Shown here: one piece after another, positions 23,664 through 31,807 of the stretch
Position numbering within the stretch: the first letter of the stretch is position 1
Layout of the letters: every line of letters begins with the position of its first letter
Origin: Acidobacteriaceae bacterium
Lineage (GTDB): Bacteria; Acidobacteriota; Terriglobia; Terriglobales; Acidobacteriaceae
Assembly (NCBI GenBank): GCA_036270675.1
Contig: DATBCB010000440.1
Location: 1-55,873, forward strand
Direction: 5' to 3'
Length of the DNA: 55,873 nt
Notes under the pieces: generated by a model
What the model was told of the DNA's origin: nothing
What the model saw: the letters and a program-made list of their open reading frames with translations, nothing else
The model's database searches: none
Translations under genes and position numbers: made by a program

Positions 23664-24710
23664 TTAGATGAAGCGGTCCAGGTGGGCTCGGCTGGCGTGC
23701 TCCGCTATGGCGGCGTTGATCTCGAGGGCGAGGGCGAGCGCCTCGCGGCCCTGCTGGCCGGTGACCTGCGGCTGCTGGCACGTGCGCACGCTTTGGAGAA
23801 ACGATTCGATTTCGAGGCGCAGCGGCTCGCCGGGCGTGACGGTAGGCTTCGAAATCGCAAGACCGCTCAGGAGGCTCGCGGCATCCGGCGGGGCTGGAGC
23901 CGCGGAGGGTTGTGGCTTGACGTCGATAAAGAGGAGATCCTGCCGCGCGTAGTCGATGGAGACGTACTGATGCGGCTGGAAGAAGCGGAGTTTGCGCACG
24001 CGCTCCGTGCTGACGCGGCTGGCGGTGAAGTTGGCGACACAGCCGGAGGCGAACTCGATGCGGACATTCGCGATGTCGACTTTGCGTGAGAGAACAGGAA
24101 GGCCGACGGCCTGGAGCGAGTGGACCCTCGATTGCACCAGGCTAAGAACGATGTCGAGATCGTGAATCATCAGGTCGAGCACGACGTCGACATCGAGCGA
24201 GCGCGGGGTAAAGATGCTGAGCCGATGCGCCTCGAAGAACATGGGCATATGGATGTAGGGATGGACGGCGAGGACGGCAGGGTTGAAACGCTCCAGGTGT
24301 CCAACCTGAAGGATGCGCTGGTGACGCGCGGCCAGAGCGATGAGAGCATCGGCTTCGGCGAGGGATGCGGCGATCGGCTTTTCGACCAGGACATCGATAC
24401 CCGATTGGAGCAGTGTGCTGGCGACAGCGGCGTGGGCACTGGTGGGTACGCAGACCGAGGCAGCGTGGAGCTCGATTGCACCAGCGGCGCTCGCGGCCAG
24501 GCAGGCATCGATATCGTGGAAGATGGGGGTTCGAGGGAAGTCAGACTGAAGTCCCTGGCGGCGCGCCGGATCGCCTTCGACGATGGCGGCCAGGCGAATT
24601 GAATCGCCGGAGGCTGCGCTCAATTCGCGAATGACTCGGAGATGATTGCTGCCGAAGGCGCCCGCGCCGATGACGGCGTAGCCGATGGATTGAGCCGGTG
24701 CGGACGCCAC
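23664..24710 (-). CDS. Gfo/Idh/MocA family oxidoreductase (UDP-GlcNAc 3-dehydrogenase GnnA-like by motif)
   Basis: VIGAGAFG, LVEKPIA, VGHLERFNPA, DVVLDLMIHDLD and TASRVS. Confidence 0.88.
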   Translation of the reverse strand: MASAPAQSIGYAVIGAGAFGSNHLRVIRELSAASGDSIRLAAIVEGDPARRQGLQSDFPRTPIFHDIDACLAASAAGAIELHAASVCVPTSAHAAVASTLLQSGIDVLVEKPIAASLAEADALIALAARHQRILQVGHLERFNPAVLAVHPYIHMPMFFEAHRLSIFTPRSLDVDVVLDLMIHDLDIVLSLVQSRVHSLQAVGLPVLSRKVDIANVRIEFASGCVANFTASRVSTERVRKLRFFQPHQYVSIDYARQDLLFIDVKPQPSAAPAPPDAASLLSGLAISKPTVTPGEPLRLEIESFLQSVRTCQQPQVTGQQGREALALALEINAAIAEHASRAHLDRFI

Positions 24711-24714
24711 AGAA

Positions 24715-24939
24715 CTACTGTGCGCCGCTCTTGCCTTCGACTGCCTGGAGGCAGCGTGTGTAGAGCTCGAGCAGGTGGTTGGCCTGATCGTCAGCCTTGG
24801 CGCCAGAGGGCGAGGTGAAGCCAGTGGCGGCGGTTGCGGGACGGCCGACGTTGGTCGTGCTCGCGATGAATTTGAGCAGGTCGAGAGCGATGTCTTCGTT
24901 GCGGCGCGCGGCGCTGAACAATGTCGCGGGTTGATCCAT
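24715..24939 (-). CDS. Small hypothetical protein (74 aa)
   Basis: RBS GGAGGA; 4 bp upstream of the oxidoreductase; two helices joined by a low-complexity linker. Confidence 0.75.
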   Translation of the reverse strand: MDQPATLFSAARRNEDIALDLLKFIASTTNVGRPATAATGFTSPSGAKADDQANHLLELYTRCLQAVEGKSGAQ

Positions 24940-24980
24940 AATGCGTCCTCCGAGGCGATGCTAACAGATGCTTGCGCCCG

Positions 24981-25049
24981 GGGTGCTTGCCGCACGGGCA
25001 CAGGCGCCTTCGGCGCGTTCTATCGGGTTCGCTCCCTTTGGTCGCTCAC
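24981..25049 (+). repeat. REP-like family R, copy 4
   Basis: gggtgcttgccgcacgggc...gcgccttcggcgc...gttcgctccctttggtcgctcac. Confidence 0.75.
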
Positions 25050-25148
25050 TTCCGGCCTTGTGGATGACGCAGACCAAAGTACGCTCGGGGTTCGATTGGG
25101 AGAGGACGACAGAAATGACATCACTCGGTCGACGAAAGCATGAGTTCT

Positions 25149-25172
25149 TTCGCTCCCATTGGAGGGAGCGAA
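25149..25172 (-). terminator. Hairpin downstream of the repressor-like gene
   Basis: TTCGCTCCC-ATTGGA-GGGAGCGAA. Confidence 0.5.
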
Positions 25173-25183
25173 TTACTTACGAG

Positions 25184-25900
25184 CTAGGGGATGGGGGCGA
25201 GGGCGAGGCAGACACGGCCGACGATGAGATCGGATGGCATTTCGTGCGGTCCGAGAGCGAGCAGTTGCACGGGGTAGTTGAGCTCGATCGGCCTGAGAAT
25301 GAGGCGATTATTTTCAAACTCGGCAAGGCGGAACTGCAACGCGTTGCCGACGCGCACCGCGAAGATGGATGGCTGTGGCGGCTGATAGGCAACGGGGGAG
25401 TTGTAGTGGCGGTCGATGACGGCGATGGTGTCCGGCGGTAACACGGGTTGCATACCGGCAGCCTGTTGTCGTGTGAGGCGCACCGAGACGAACCGGGACC
25501 ATCCGCGGCGCGAGGTGGCGCGGCGAGAGCGGATCTGCTCGAGGATGCCGAGCGGAAGGTGCACGAGGTCGAGGGTTGCCGAGACGGGCGGCACGGCGTC
25601 ATGTATGGCGGCGCTTGGTGCCACAACGGGAACAGCAGTGTGGGTGAGGCTGCTTGCCGCTTCACGCGGAGCGGCAGAGTTGTCCTCGAGCGCGAGCAGA
25701 TCACCGACGGTGAGCAACTGGGCGGCGAGCAGACGATCGAGAGCGCCGAGGCTGAGAGTGCGGCGCCGGCGAAGAAAATTAGAAATATGGGAAGGCTGGA
25801 ATCCTGTCTGGCGGGCGAGGAGAGCTCCATTCACACTGCCTCGATCGATCCGCCGGAGGAGTTCCCTGCGGAGGCGCTCTTGCAGTTGGGTGAAATTCAT
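25184..25900 (-). CDS. XRE-HTH + degenerate S24-like domain, phage CI-type repressor-like protein
   Basis: HTH LLARQTGFQPSHISNFLRRRRTLS; C-domain GMQPVLPPDTIAVID...LILRP..NYP...IVGRV mirrors S24 but lacks the Ser/Lys dyad. Confidence 0.75.
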   Translation of the reverse strand: MNFTQLQERLRRELLRRIDRGSVNGALLARQTGFQPSHISNFLRRRRTLSLGALDRLLAAQLLTVGDLLALEDNSAAPREAASSLTHTAVPVVAPSAAIHDAVPPVSATLDLVHLPLGILEQIRSRRATSRRGWSRFVSVRLTRQQAAGMQPVLPPDTIAVIDRHYNSPVAYQPPQPSIFAVRVGNALQFRLAEFENNRLILRPIELNYPVQLLALGPHEMPSDLIVGRVCLALAPIP

Positions 25901-25901
25901 T

Positions 25902-26924
25902 GTGGAAACGACGGGCGGAGCGCAGTTTCCCGTGGTTGTGCTGTACGACGGCTCGATGACGCAAGCGCCGGCGAGTTGTACGCCTGTGGTGGTGTACAGC
26001 GTGAGCTTTCTAGGCAGCGTCGCGAGCTTTGAACTGACCCGGCCCGGAGACGTCTGGGTGAATTGCGCGGCAACCGGTTCGGCCGCAGCGACGCAGCGGC
26101 TTGGCGCCAGTGCGCAAACATCGCAGGCGAAGGTGACGAGCACCGGAAGGATGATCTTCTATCCGGGAAACGTGCCCGCGACGGGCACAGTCATACGGGT
26201 GAACTATCGGATTGGCGGACGCGCAGTTGCGCGCATGGCGGCGCCCACATCGTCTCCGCTCAGCAGCTTGATCTTGACTGCCGAACATCCGGTCACGCGC
26301 AACTCAGCCGATTGCGAGAACGCTGCGCTGGCACTGCTTGCCAGCTCAACGTGGACCGAAGGCGCATGGAAGGGGACGTACACGTGCTGGAATCCGTACC
26401 AGACCGCAGATATCTGGCCGGGTGACCTGTTGCAGGTGGACGCGCCATCCGCCGGTCTTTCGACTGAGCTGCTGGTGCGCAGCGTACAAATTCGCTCCAC
26501 TTCCTGCGCTCCAGAATTGCTCAGCTACACGGTGACATTTGCCAATGAATGGGCTGAGGCTCTGTCACTGAAGATGAACGAGGGTGCGCCTTTGAACGCA
26601 TGGCTGCCGCCGAGTGCGTTGACCAGTCCGACCGCCCTGGCCTCTGCGCACGATCTATCGGTCACCAGCGTAAGCGCCACGCAGATCCAGGTGCAGGCGG
26701 GCTTGACGCCTCCAAGCGGCGGTGGGTTTGAGGTACGACGCAGCGACTGGAAATTCGGCGCAGGCGACGGCGCGGACCTGGTGCTGCGCAGCCCAGTGCC
26801 CAACTTCACCATCGTTCGCGAAGCGCCGGTGGAGCGCTACAACGTGCGGATGTACGACGGCGCCAAGCCGCCGAATTACTCGCGCTTTTCCAGCGCCATA
26901 TTTGTGAGCGCAGCAACGCAATGA
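25902..26924 (+). pseudogene. 5'-truncated phage-tail-like/structural protein (C-terminal ~340 aa)
   Basis: Beta-rich, with the tail-hub-like motif DIWPGDLLQV..LLVRSVQI and an Ig/FN3-like end (YNVRMYDG..NYSRFS). Begins 1 bp from the divergent ATG, leaving no room for a promoter or RBS. Confidence 0.6.
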
Positions 26925-27175
26925 GACCAGATGTGAGTGACGGTGGAATGGACATGATGAGTACGTTTGAGGCACAGGTGCTGGCCGACCTGAGCGTGAT
27001 GAAGAGCCAGATGGCGTCGCTGTTAGGGGACGGCCAACCGGGGCGGCTCAGCCTACTCGAGGAGCGGGTGGAGCGCCATGAACTGAGCGTGCAGCGGGTA
27101 AAGGGATTCGCCGGCGCATTCGGCCTGCTGTTCACGCTGTTGCAGCTTGTCGTGGAGTGGCTCCGGCCCCGTTGA
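26921..27175 (+). CDS. Small coiled-coil + single C-terminal TM protein (holin/XhlA-like architecture)
   Basis: ATGA overlap with the tail-like ORF; RLSLLEERVERHE coiled coil, then a hydrophobic FAGAFGLLFTLLQLVVEW segment. Confidence 0.65.
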   Translation: MRPDVSDGGMDMMSTFEAQVLADLSVMKSQMASLLGDGQPGRLSLLEERVERHELSVQRVKGFAGAFGLLFTLLQLVVEWLRPR

Positions 27176-27200
27176 ATGAGCCACTGCTGAGCGCGCCGTC

Positions 27201-27273
27201 TAGAGCATTTTTCCTGTAAATGTGGACAGCCGAAATGGTCTCCGCTGTGCACAGCAACAGGAAAAATGCTTTA
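27201..27273. mobile_element. Internally deleted (73-bp) MITE/CIR-like element, copy 2
   Basis: TAGAGCATTTTTCCTGT ... ACAGGAAAAATGCTTTA (16/17 pairs); arms match those of 33162-33277. Confidence 0.75.
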
Positions 27274-27281
27274 ATGCGACG

Positions 27282-27773
27282 ATGGCGCGCTCAACTCTGG
27301 TGGGTGTTGTGATGGGCAGCAGAAGCGACTACGCAACGATGGAGCCGTGCGTCGAGCTTCTGCGTGAATTTGAGATACCAGCGGAGACGAAGATCGTGTC
27401 CGCGCATCGGACACCGGATCTGCTTTTCCAATATGCGAGCGAGGCGGAGGGCCGCGGGCTGAAAGTGATCATTGCCGCCGCCGGCGGCGCGGCGCACTTG
27501 CCCGGAATGCTTGCCGCAAAGACATTGGTACCGGTCCTTGGAGTGCCCGTGCCGGCCACCTCCATGCAGGGCTTGGACGCGTTGCTCTCGATCGTGCAGA
27601 TGCCGAAGGGCGTTCCCGTGGGCACGCTAGCTATTGGCCGGCCAGGCGCGGCAAATGCCGCGTTGCTGGCAGCAGAGATTCTTGCCAACGACGACCCCGC
27701 GTTGCGCCAACGTTTGAAGACCTGGCGTGAGGGCCGCCTGCGCGAGGTGCTCGCAGAAGAGCTTCCCCAGTGA
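27282..27773 (+). CDS. purE: N5-carboxyaminoimidazole ribonucleotide mutase
   Basis: VMGSRSD, SAHRTP, AGGAAHLPG and SIVQMPKGVPV. Confidence 0.97.
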   Translation: MARSTLVGVVMGSRSDYATMEPCVELLREFEIPAETKIVSAHRTPDLLFQYASEAEGRGLKVIIAAAGGAAHLPGMLAAKTLVPVLGVPVPATSMQGLDALLSIVQMPKGVPVGTLAIGRPGAANAALLAAEILANDDPALRQRLKTWREGRLREVLAEELPQ

Positions 27774-28903
27774 GCGCGATTCTTCCCGGTGCAACCATTG
27801 GCATTCTGGGCGGCGGTCAGCTGGGACGCATGACAGCCATGGCCGCGCGTTCGCTGGGCTATCGCGTGCAGGTGATGGATCCTGATCCCTCTTGTCCGGC
27901 GAGATTTGTAGTCGATGCCTGCTTTGAAGGCGCCTGGGACGATGCGAAAGCGGCGGCCGATCTCGCTCGCGGCTGCGACGTGGTGACACTCGAGATCGAG
28001 CAGCTTTCGCTTGATAGCTTGCGCGCTGCGCAGCGCTATGCGCCGGTGCGACCGGGGGAAGCATTGCTGGCAATCATTCAGGACCGCATTGTGCAGAAGG
28101 AATGGTTAGCCGCGCGCCAGTTCCCTGTCGGGCCATTTCGTTCCATTCGATCGCTCGACAATATGCGCGCCGCGCTCGATGCATTCAGCCGCGATTGTTT
28201 CGTGAAAAGTGCACGCGGGGGCTACGACGGACGCAGCCAGCTTCGCATCACTCCGCGTGGCGGCGAAAGCGCCGAATTGGCCTGGCGCGCGCTGGGCCAG
28301 CGCCCGTGCATCGCCGAGCAAGCCATCGCGCTGGACCGCGAGATCTCCGTGCTGGTCGCGCGCACGCCGTCCGGCGCCCTCAAATCGTTCCCTTCTGCAA
28401 CCAATCATCACGAAAACCAGATCCTTTCCTGGAGCGTGATCCCGTCGTCGATTTCTCCGGCAATGGAAGCCGAGGCGCAACGCATCGCGTGCTCGCTTGC
28501 CGAAAAATTGGGCCTCGAAGGAATTCTCGCGGTGGAGATGTTCGTCACGCAGGAGGGAGCGCTTCTCATCAACGAGCTAGCGCCTCGCCCGCACAACAGC
28601 TATCACGCCAGCGAGCGATCCTGCGTCGTCAGCCAGTTTGAGCAGCATGTACGCGCGGTGTGTGATCTTCCGCTGGGGACGACCGACGTTCTGCGCCCGG
28701 CGGCAATCGCCAATCTGCTGGGCGACGTGTGGGCCGATGGACAACCGCATTTCGACCGCGCGCTCGAAGTGGAAAGCGTACGTCTGCACCTCTACGAAAA
28801 GCATACGGCGCGGCCCGGCCGGAAGATGGGTCATCTCTCGGCGATTGGCGAGACGCCAGAAGAGGCAGTGAAGCGCGTTCTGGAAGCCAAGAGCCGCCTC
28901 TAA
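27770..28903 (+). CDS. purK: N5-carboxyaminoimidazole ribonucleotide synthase
   Basis: ILGGGQLGRM, GGYDGRSQ, NELAPRPHNS and GRKMGH. Confidence 0.97.
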   Translation: MSAILPGATIGILGGGQLGRMTAMAARSLGYRVQVMDPDPSCPARFVVDACFEGAWDDAKAAADLARGCDVVTLEIEQLSLDSLRAAQRYAPVRPGEALLAIIQDRIVQKEWLAARQFPVGPFRSIRSLDNMRAALDAFSRDCFVKSARGGYDGRSQLRITPRGGESAELAWRALGQRPCIAEQAIALDREISVLVARTPSGALKSFPSATNHHENQILSWSVIPSSISPAMEAEAQRIACSLAEKLGLEGILAVEMFVTQEGALLINELAPRPHNSYHASERSCVVSQFEQHVRAVCDLPLGTTDVLRPAAIANLLGDVWADGQPHFDRALEVESVRLHLYEKHTARPGRKMGHLSAIGETPEEAVKRVLEAKSRL

Positions 28904-28910
28904 AAAGAAA

Positions 28911-28934
28911 GCGGCGGACCCAAAGGCCCGCCGT
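28911..28934. terminator. Probable bidirectional terminator between purK and the E2 gene
   Basis: GCGGCGGACC-CAAA-GGCCCGCCGT with an A-tract on the left side. Confidence 0.6.
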
Positions 28935-28953
28935 TCGCTTCATCTGTTCGAGA

Positions 28954-30654
28954 TCAGCCGATCTCTTCCGACCAGTTCTCGAGATACTTCTTCAGCTCGG
29001 CCATGAACTTACCGGCATCGGCGCCGTCGATGATGCGATGATCGAACCCGAGCGTCAGCCGGATGATGCTGCGGATTGCAATAGAATCATTGCCGTCCTT
29101 ATCCGTGAGCACGGTGGGCTCCTTGAACAGGCCGCCGACGCCAAGGATCGCTGACTCCGGTTGATTAATGATCGGCGTGCCAAATAGCTCACCGAAGATG
29201 CCCGGATTCGTGATCGTGATGGTGCCAGATCCGACCTCGTCCGGCTTCAGCTTTTTCGCGCGCGCGCGTTCGGCCAGATCAGCGATGGAGCGTGCGATGC
29301 CCAGAAAGCTCTTCTCCTCCGCCTGTTTGATGACCGGCACAATCAGTCCCCAGTCCAGCGCCACCGCAATGCCGACATTCACATTCTGGTGGTAGCGGAT
29401 CGCGTCGCCTTCCATCGAGGCGTTGACGATCGGCATCTTGCGCAGCGTGGCCACCACGGCGCGCGTGATGAACGGCATGTAGGTAAGCTTCACGCCATTA
29501 CGCTGCTCGTACTTTGCCTTCTCCTTCTCGCGGATCTTCACGATGCGCGTCAGATCGACCTTGAAGACGGTGTGCACATGAGCGCTGGTGCGTTTGGAAT
29601 CCACCATGCGCTGCGCGATGATCGAGCGCATGCGTGTGAGCGGCACCAGTTCGCCCGGCTGAGGACCGGCTACGGGAGCCGGTGCTGAAGCAGGCTTTGG
29701 CGCGGCAACCGCTGGTTGTGCTGCTACTGGAACGGCCGCAGCAGGAGCAGCCGCAGAAGGAGCCTTCGGGCCGCCCTTGTCCGCACCGCCTTTCTCTAGG
29801 TACTGCAAAATATCGTCCTTGGTGATGCGGCCGCTCGAGCCGGTTCCCGGAACCTGCCGCAGGTCGAGCTGATGCTCCTTCGCAATCTTGCGCACCAGTG
29901 GCGACGAGCGCAGCCGCTCGCCATGCGATGCCGCAGCAGAGGATTCAGCTGCGGGCGCAGAAGCAGCAGGTAGAGCCGCCGCGGTTGGTGCTGGTGCCGC
30001 TGCCGCGGGAGCACTCGCCTTCGCCGCCCCGCCGCCGATCACCGCAACCACAGTATTGATCTGTACGGTGTTGCCGGCGTCCACCTTGATCTCGGAGAGC
30101 GTGCCGCTCGCCGGCGACGGAATCTCCGCGTCCACCTTGTCCGTCGAAATCTCAAACAGCGGCTCGTCCCGCTGGACGCTGTCTCCCACCTTCTTCAGCC
30201 ATTTGGTGATGGTGCCTTCAAAGATCGATTCACCCATCTGCGGCATCACGACATCGATGCCGCCGCCGCTCGAGGTGGCAGCCGCCACCGGAGCTGCCGG
30301 TGCTGGCGCGGCCTTGGGCGGTTCGGGCTTCTTCTCTAAATTGTTCTCTGGTCTAGCAGGCTCCTGCTTCGGCGGCGCCGGTGCAGCTGCGGCAGGCTTG
30401 CTCGCAACCGCGCCATCGCCTTCGCCGATCACCGCAACCACGGTATTGATCTGCACTGTATTGCCGGCATCGACTTTGATCTCCGAGAGCGTCCCGCTCG
30501 CCGGCGCCGGAATCTCCGCGTCTACCTTATCGGTCGAAATCTCGAACAGCGGCTCATCCCGCTGTACGGTGTCGCCGGGCTTCTTCAGCCACTTCGTGAT
30601 CGTCCCCTCGAAGATCGACTCGCCCATCTGGGGCATGATGACGTCTGTCGGCAT
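28954..30654 (-). CDS. 2-oxoacid dehydrogenase E2 (dihydrolipoamide acyltransferase, SucB/DlaT-like) with two lipoyl domains
   Basis: Two near-identical MPQMGESIFEG...STDKVDAEIP domains, E3-binding SPLVRKIA..GRITKDD, catalytic DHRIIDG. Confidence 0.95.
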   Translation of the reverse strand: MPTDVIMPQMGESIFEGTITKWLKKPGDTVQRDEPLFEISTDKVDAEIPAPASGTLSEIKVDAGNTVQINTVVAVIGEGDGAVASKPAAAAPAPPKQEPARPENNLEKKPEPPKAAPAPAAPVAAATSSGGGIDVVMPQMGESIFEGTITKWLKKVGDSVQRDEPLFEISTDKVDAEIPSPASGTLSEIKVDAGNTVQINTVVAVIGGGAAKASAPAAAAPAPTAAALPAASAPAAESSAAASHGERLRSSPLVRKIAKEHQLDLRQVPGTGSSGRITKDDILQYLEKGGADKGGPKAPSAAAPAAAVPVAAQPAVAAPKPASAPAPVAGPQPGELVPLTRMRSIIAQRMVDSKRTSAHVHTVFKVDLTRIVKIREKEKAKYEQRNGVKLTYMPFITRAVVATLRKMPIVNASMEGDAIRYHQNVNVGIAVALDWGLIVPVIKQAEEKSFLGIARSIADLAERARAKKLKPDEVGSGTITITNPGIFGELFGTPIINQPESAILGVGGLFKEPTVLTDKDGNDSIAIRSIIRLTLGFDHRIIDGADAGKFMAELKKYLENWSEEIG

Positions 30655-30774
30655 GTTCTGTCTTCCGCCTTCCCATTCATGCGGCGTGCTGCGCATCGGC
30701 CGCTAAGCAATCAATTTCGATCATAAGGCCGTCGCTCGGCGAGCTGCCTCAATACGCCACTTCAGGACGCAACT

Positions 30775-31749
30775 TCAATATGCAACCAACCGCCGTGCCT
30801 CGCGCACCACATCTTCTACCTTGGGCAGGAAGGCCTTCTCCAGCGGCGGCGAGAACGGCACCGGCGCATCCAACGAGGTAATGCGCGCGATTGGCGCATC
30901 GAGCGCGTCAAAGGCTTCCTCGTTGATGATGGCCGCGATCTCGCCCGCGATGCCTCCGGTCTTCGTGTCCTCGTGCAGGATAATCACCCGATTGGTCTTC
31001 TCTACGGTCGCCGCAATCGCCGCATTGTCCAGCGGCAGCAGCGTGCGCAGGTCAAGAATGTCCAGCTCGATGCCTTCCTTCGCCAGGATGTGCGCGGCTT
31101 CCTCGGCCACGTAGACCATCGCCGCGTAGGTGATCACTGAGACATGTTTGCCCTCGCGATGGATGCGCGCCTTGCCAATCTCGACCGTGTAGTCCTCGGT
31201 CGGCAGCTCTTCCTTCACTCGCCGGTACAGATATTTGTGCTCGAAGAACAGTACAGGGTTGTTGTCCCGGATCGCCGACTTGATCAGCCCCTTCGCGTCG
31301 CGCGCGGTCGCCGGGCAGATCACCTTCAGTCCTGGCGTGTGCACGTAGAACATCTCTGGGTTCTGCGAGTGAAACGGGCCGCCGCTTACCCCGCCGCCCG
31401 AGGGTCCGCGCAGCACCAGCGGCGCCGGCGCCCCCCAGCGATAGTTGCTCTTGGCCAGGATCTGCACGATCTGCGAGTGCGCGGAGCTGATGAAGTCCAT
31501 GAACTGGAACTCGCCCACCGGCCGCAACCCGGTCAGCGACGCGCCGTAGGCCGCGCTGGCAATCGCCATCTCGGAGATTGGCGTATCCACCACACGCTCC
31601 GTGCCGAAGCGCTGCAGAAAGCCTTCCGTCACTTTGAATGCGCCGCCGTAGACGCCCACGTCCTCGCCAATCACGAACACGCGCGGGTCGCGCTCCATCT
31701 CTTCCCACAGGCCCTGGCGGATCGCCTCTAAATATGTAACTGCTGCCAT
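30775..31749 (-). CDS. 2-oxoacid dehydrogenase E1 beta subunit
   Basis: GEDVGVYGG, DTPISE, EFQFMDF, FHSQ and FFEHK. Confidence 0.95.
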   Translation of the reverse strand: MAAVTYLEAIRQGLWEEMERDPRVFVIGEDVGVYGGAFKVTEGFLQRFGTERVVDTPISEMAIASAAYGASLTGLRPVGEFQFMDFISSAHSQIVQILAKSNYRWGAPAPLVLRGPSGGGVSGGPFHSQNPEMFYVHTPGLKVICPATARDAKGLIKSAIRDNNPVLFFEHKYLYRRVKEELPTEDYTVEIGKARIHREGKHVSVITYAAMVYVAEEAAHILAKEGIELDILDLRTLLPLDNAAIAATVEKTNRVIILHEDTKTGGIAGEIAAIINEEAFDALDAPIARITSLDAPVPFSPPLEKAFLPKVEDVVREARRLVAY

Positions 31750-31807
31750 TGCTTAATCAGTCCTTGTCTTCTTTCGGGGTCTTCTTTCGGGGCGTTCTTG
31801 TGCGCTC

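Noticed and set aside
25416-25901. N-terminal 160 aa of the 502-aa ORF in the ORF track
   Set aside because: It is the antisense shadow of the repressor gene (Arg/Ser-rich, no RBS); credible coding signal starts at 25902.
27000-29200. Replication terminus/dif site at the first skew switch
   Set aside because: No dif-like 28-bp XerC/XerD site was seen by eye, and the skew reverts after ~18 kb.
30030-30654. ~230-bp direct repeat in the E2 gene
   Set aside because: It is explained by the two lipoyl domains, a normal E2 architecture.
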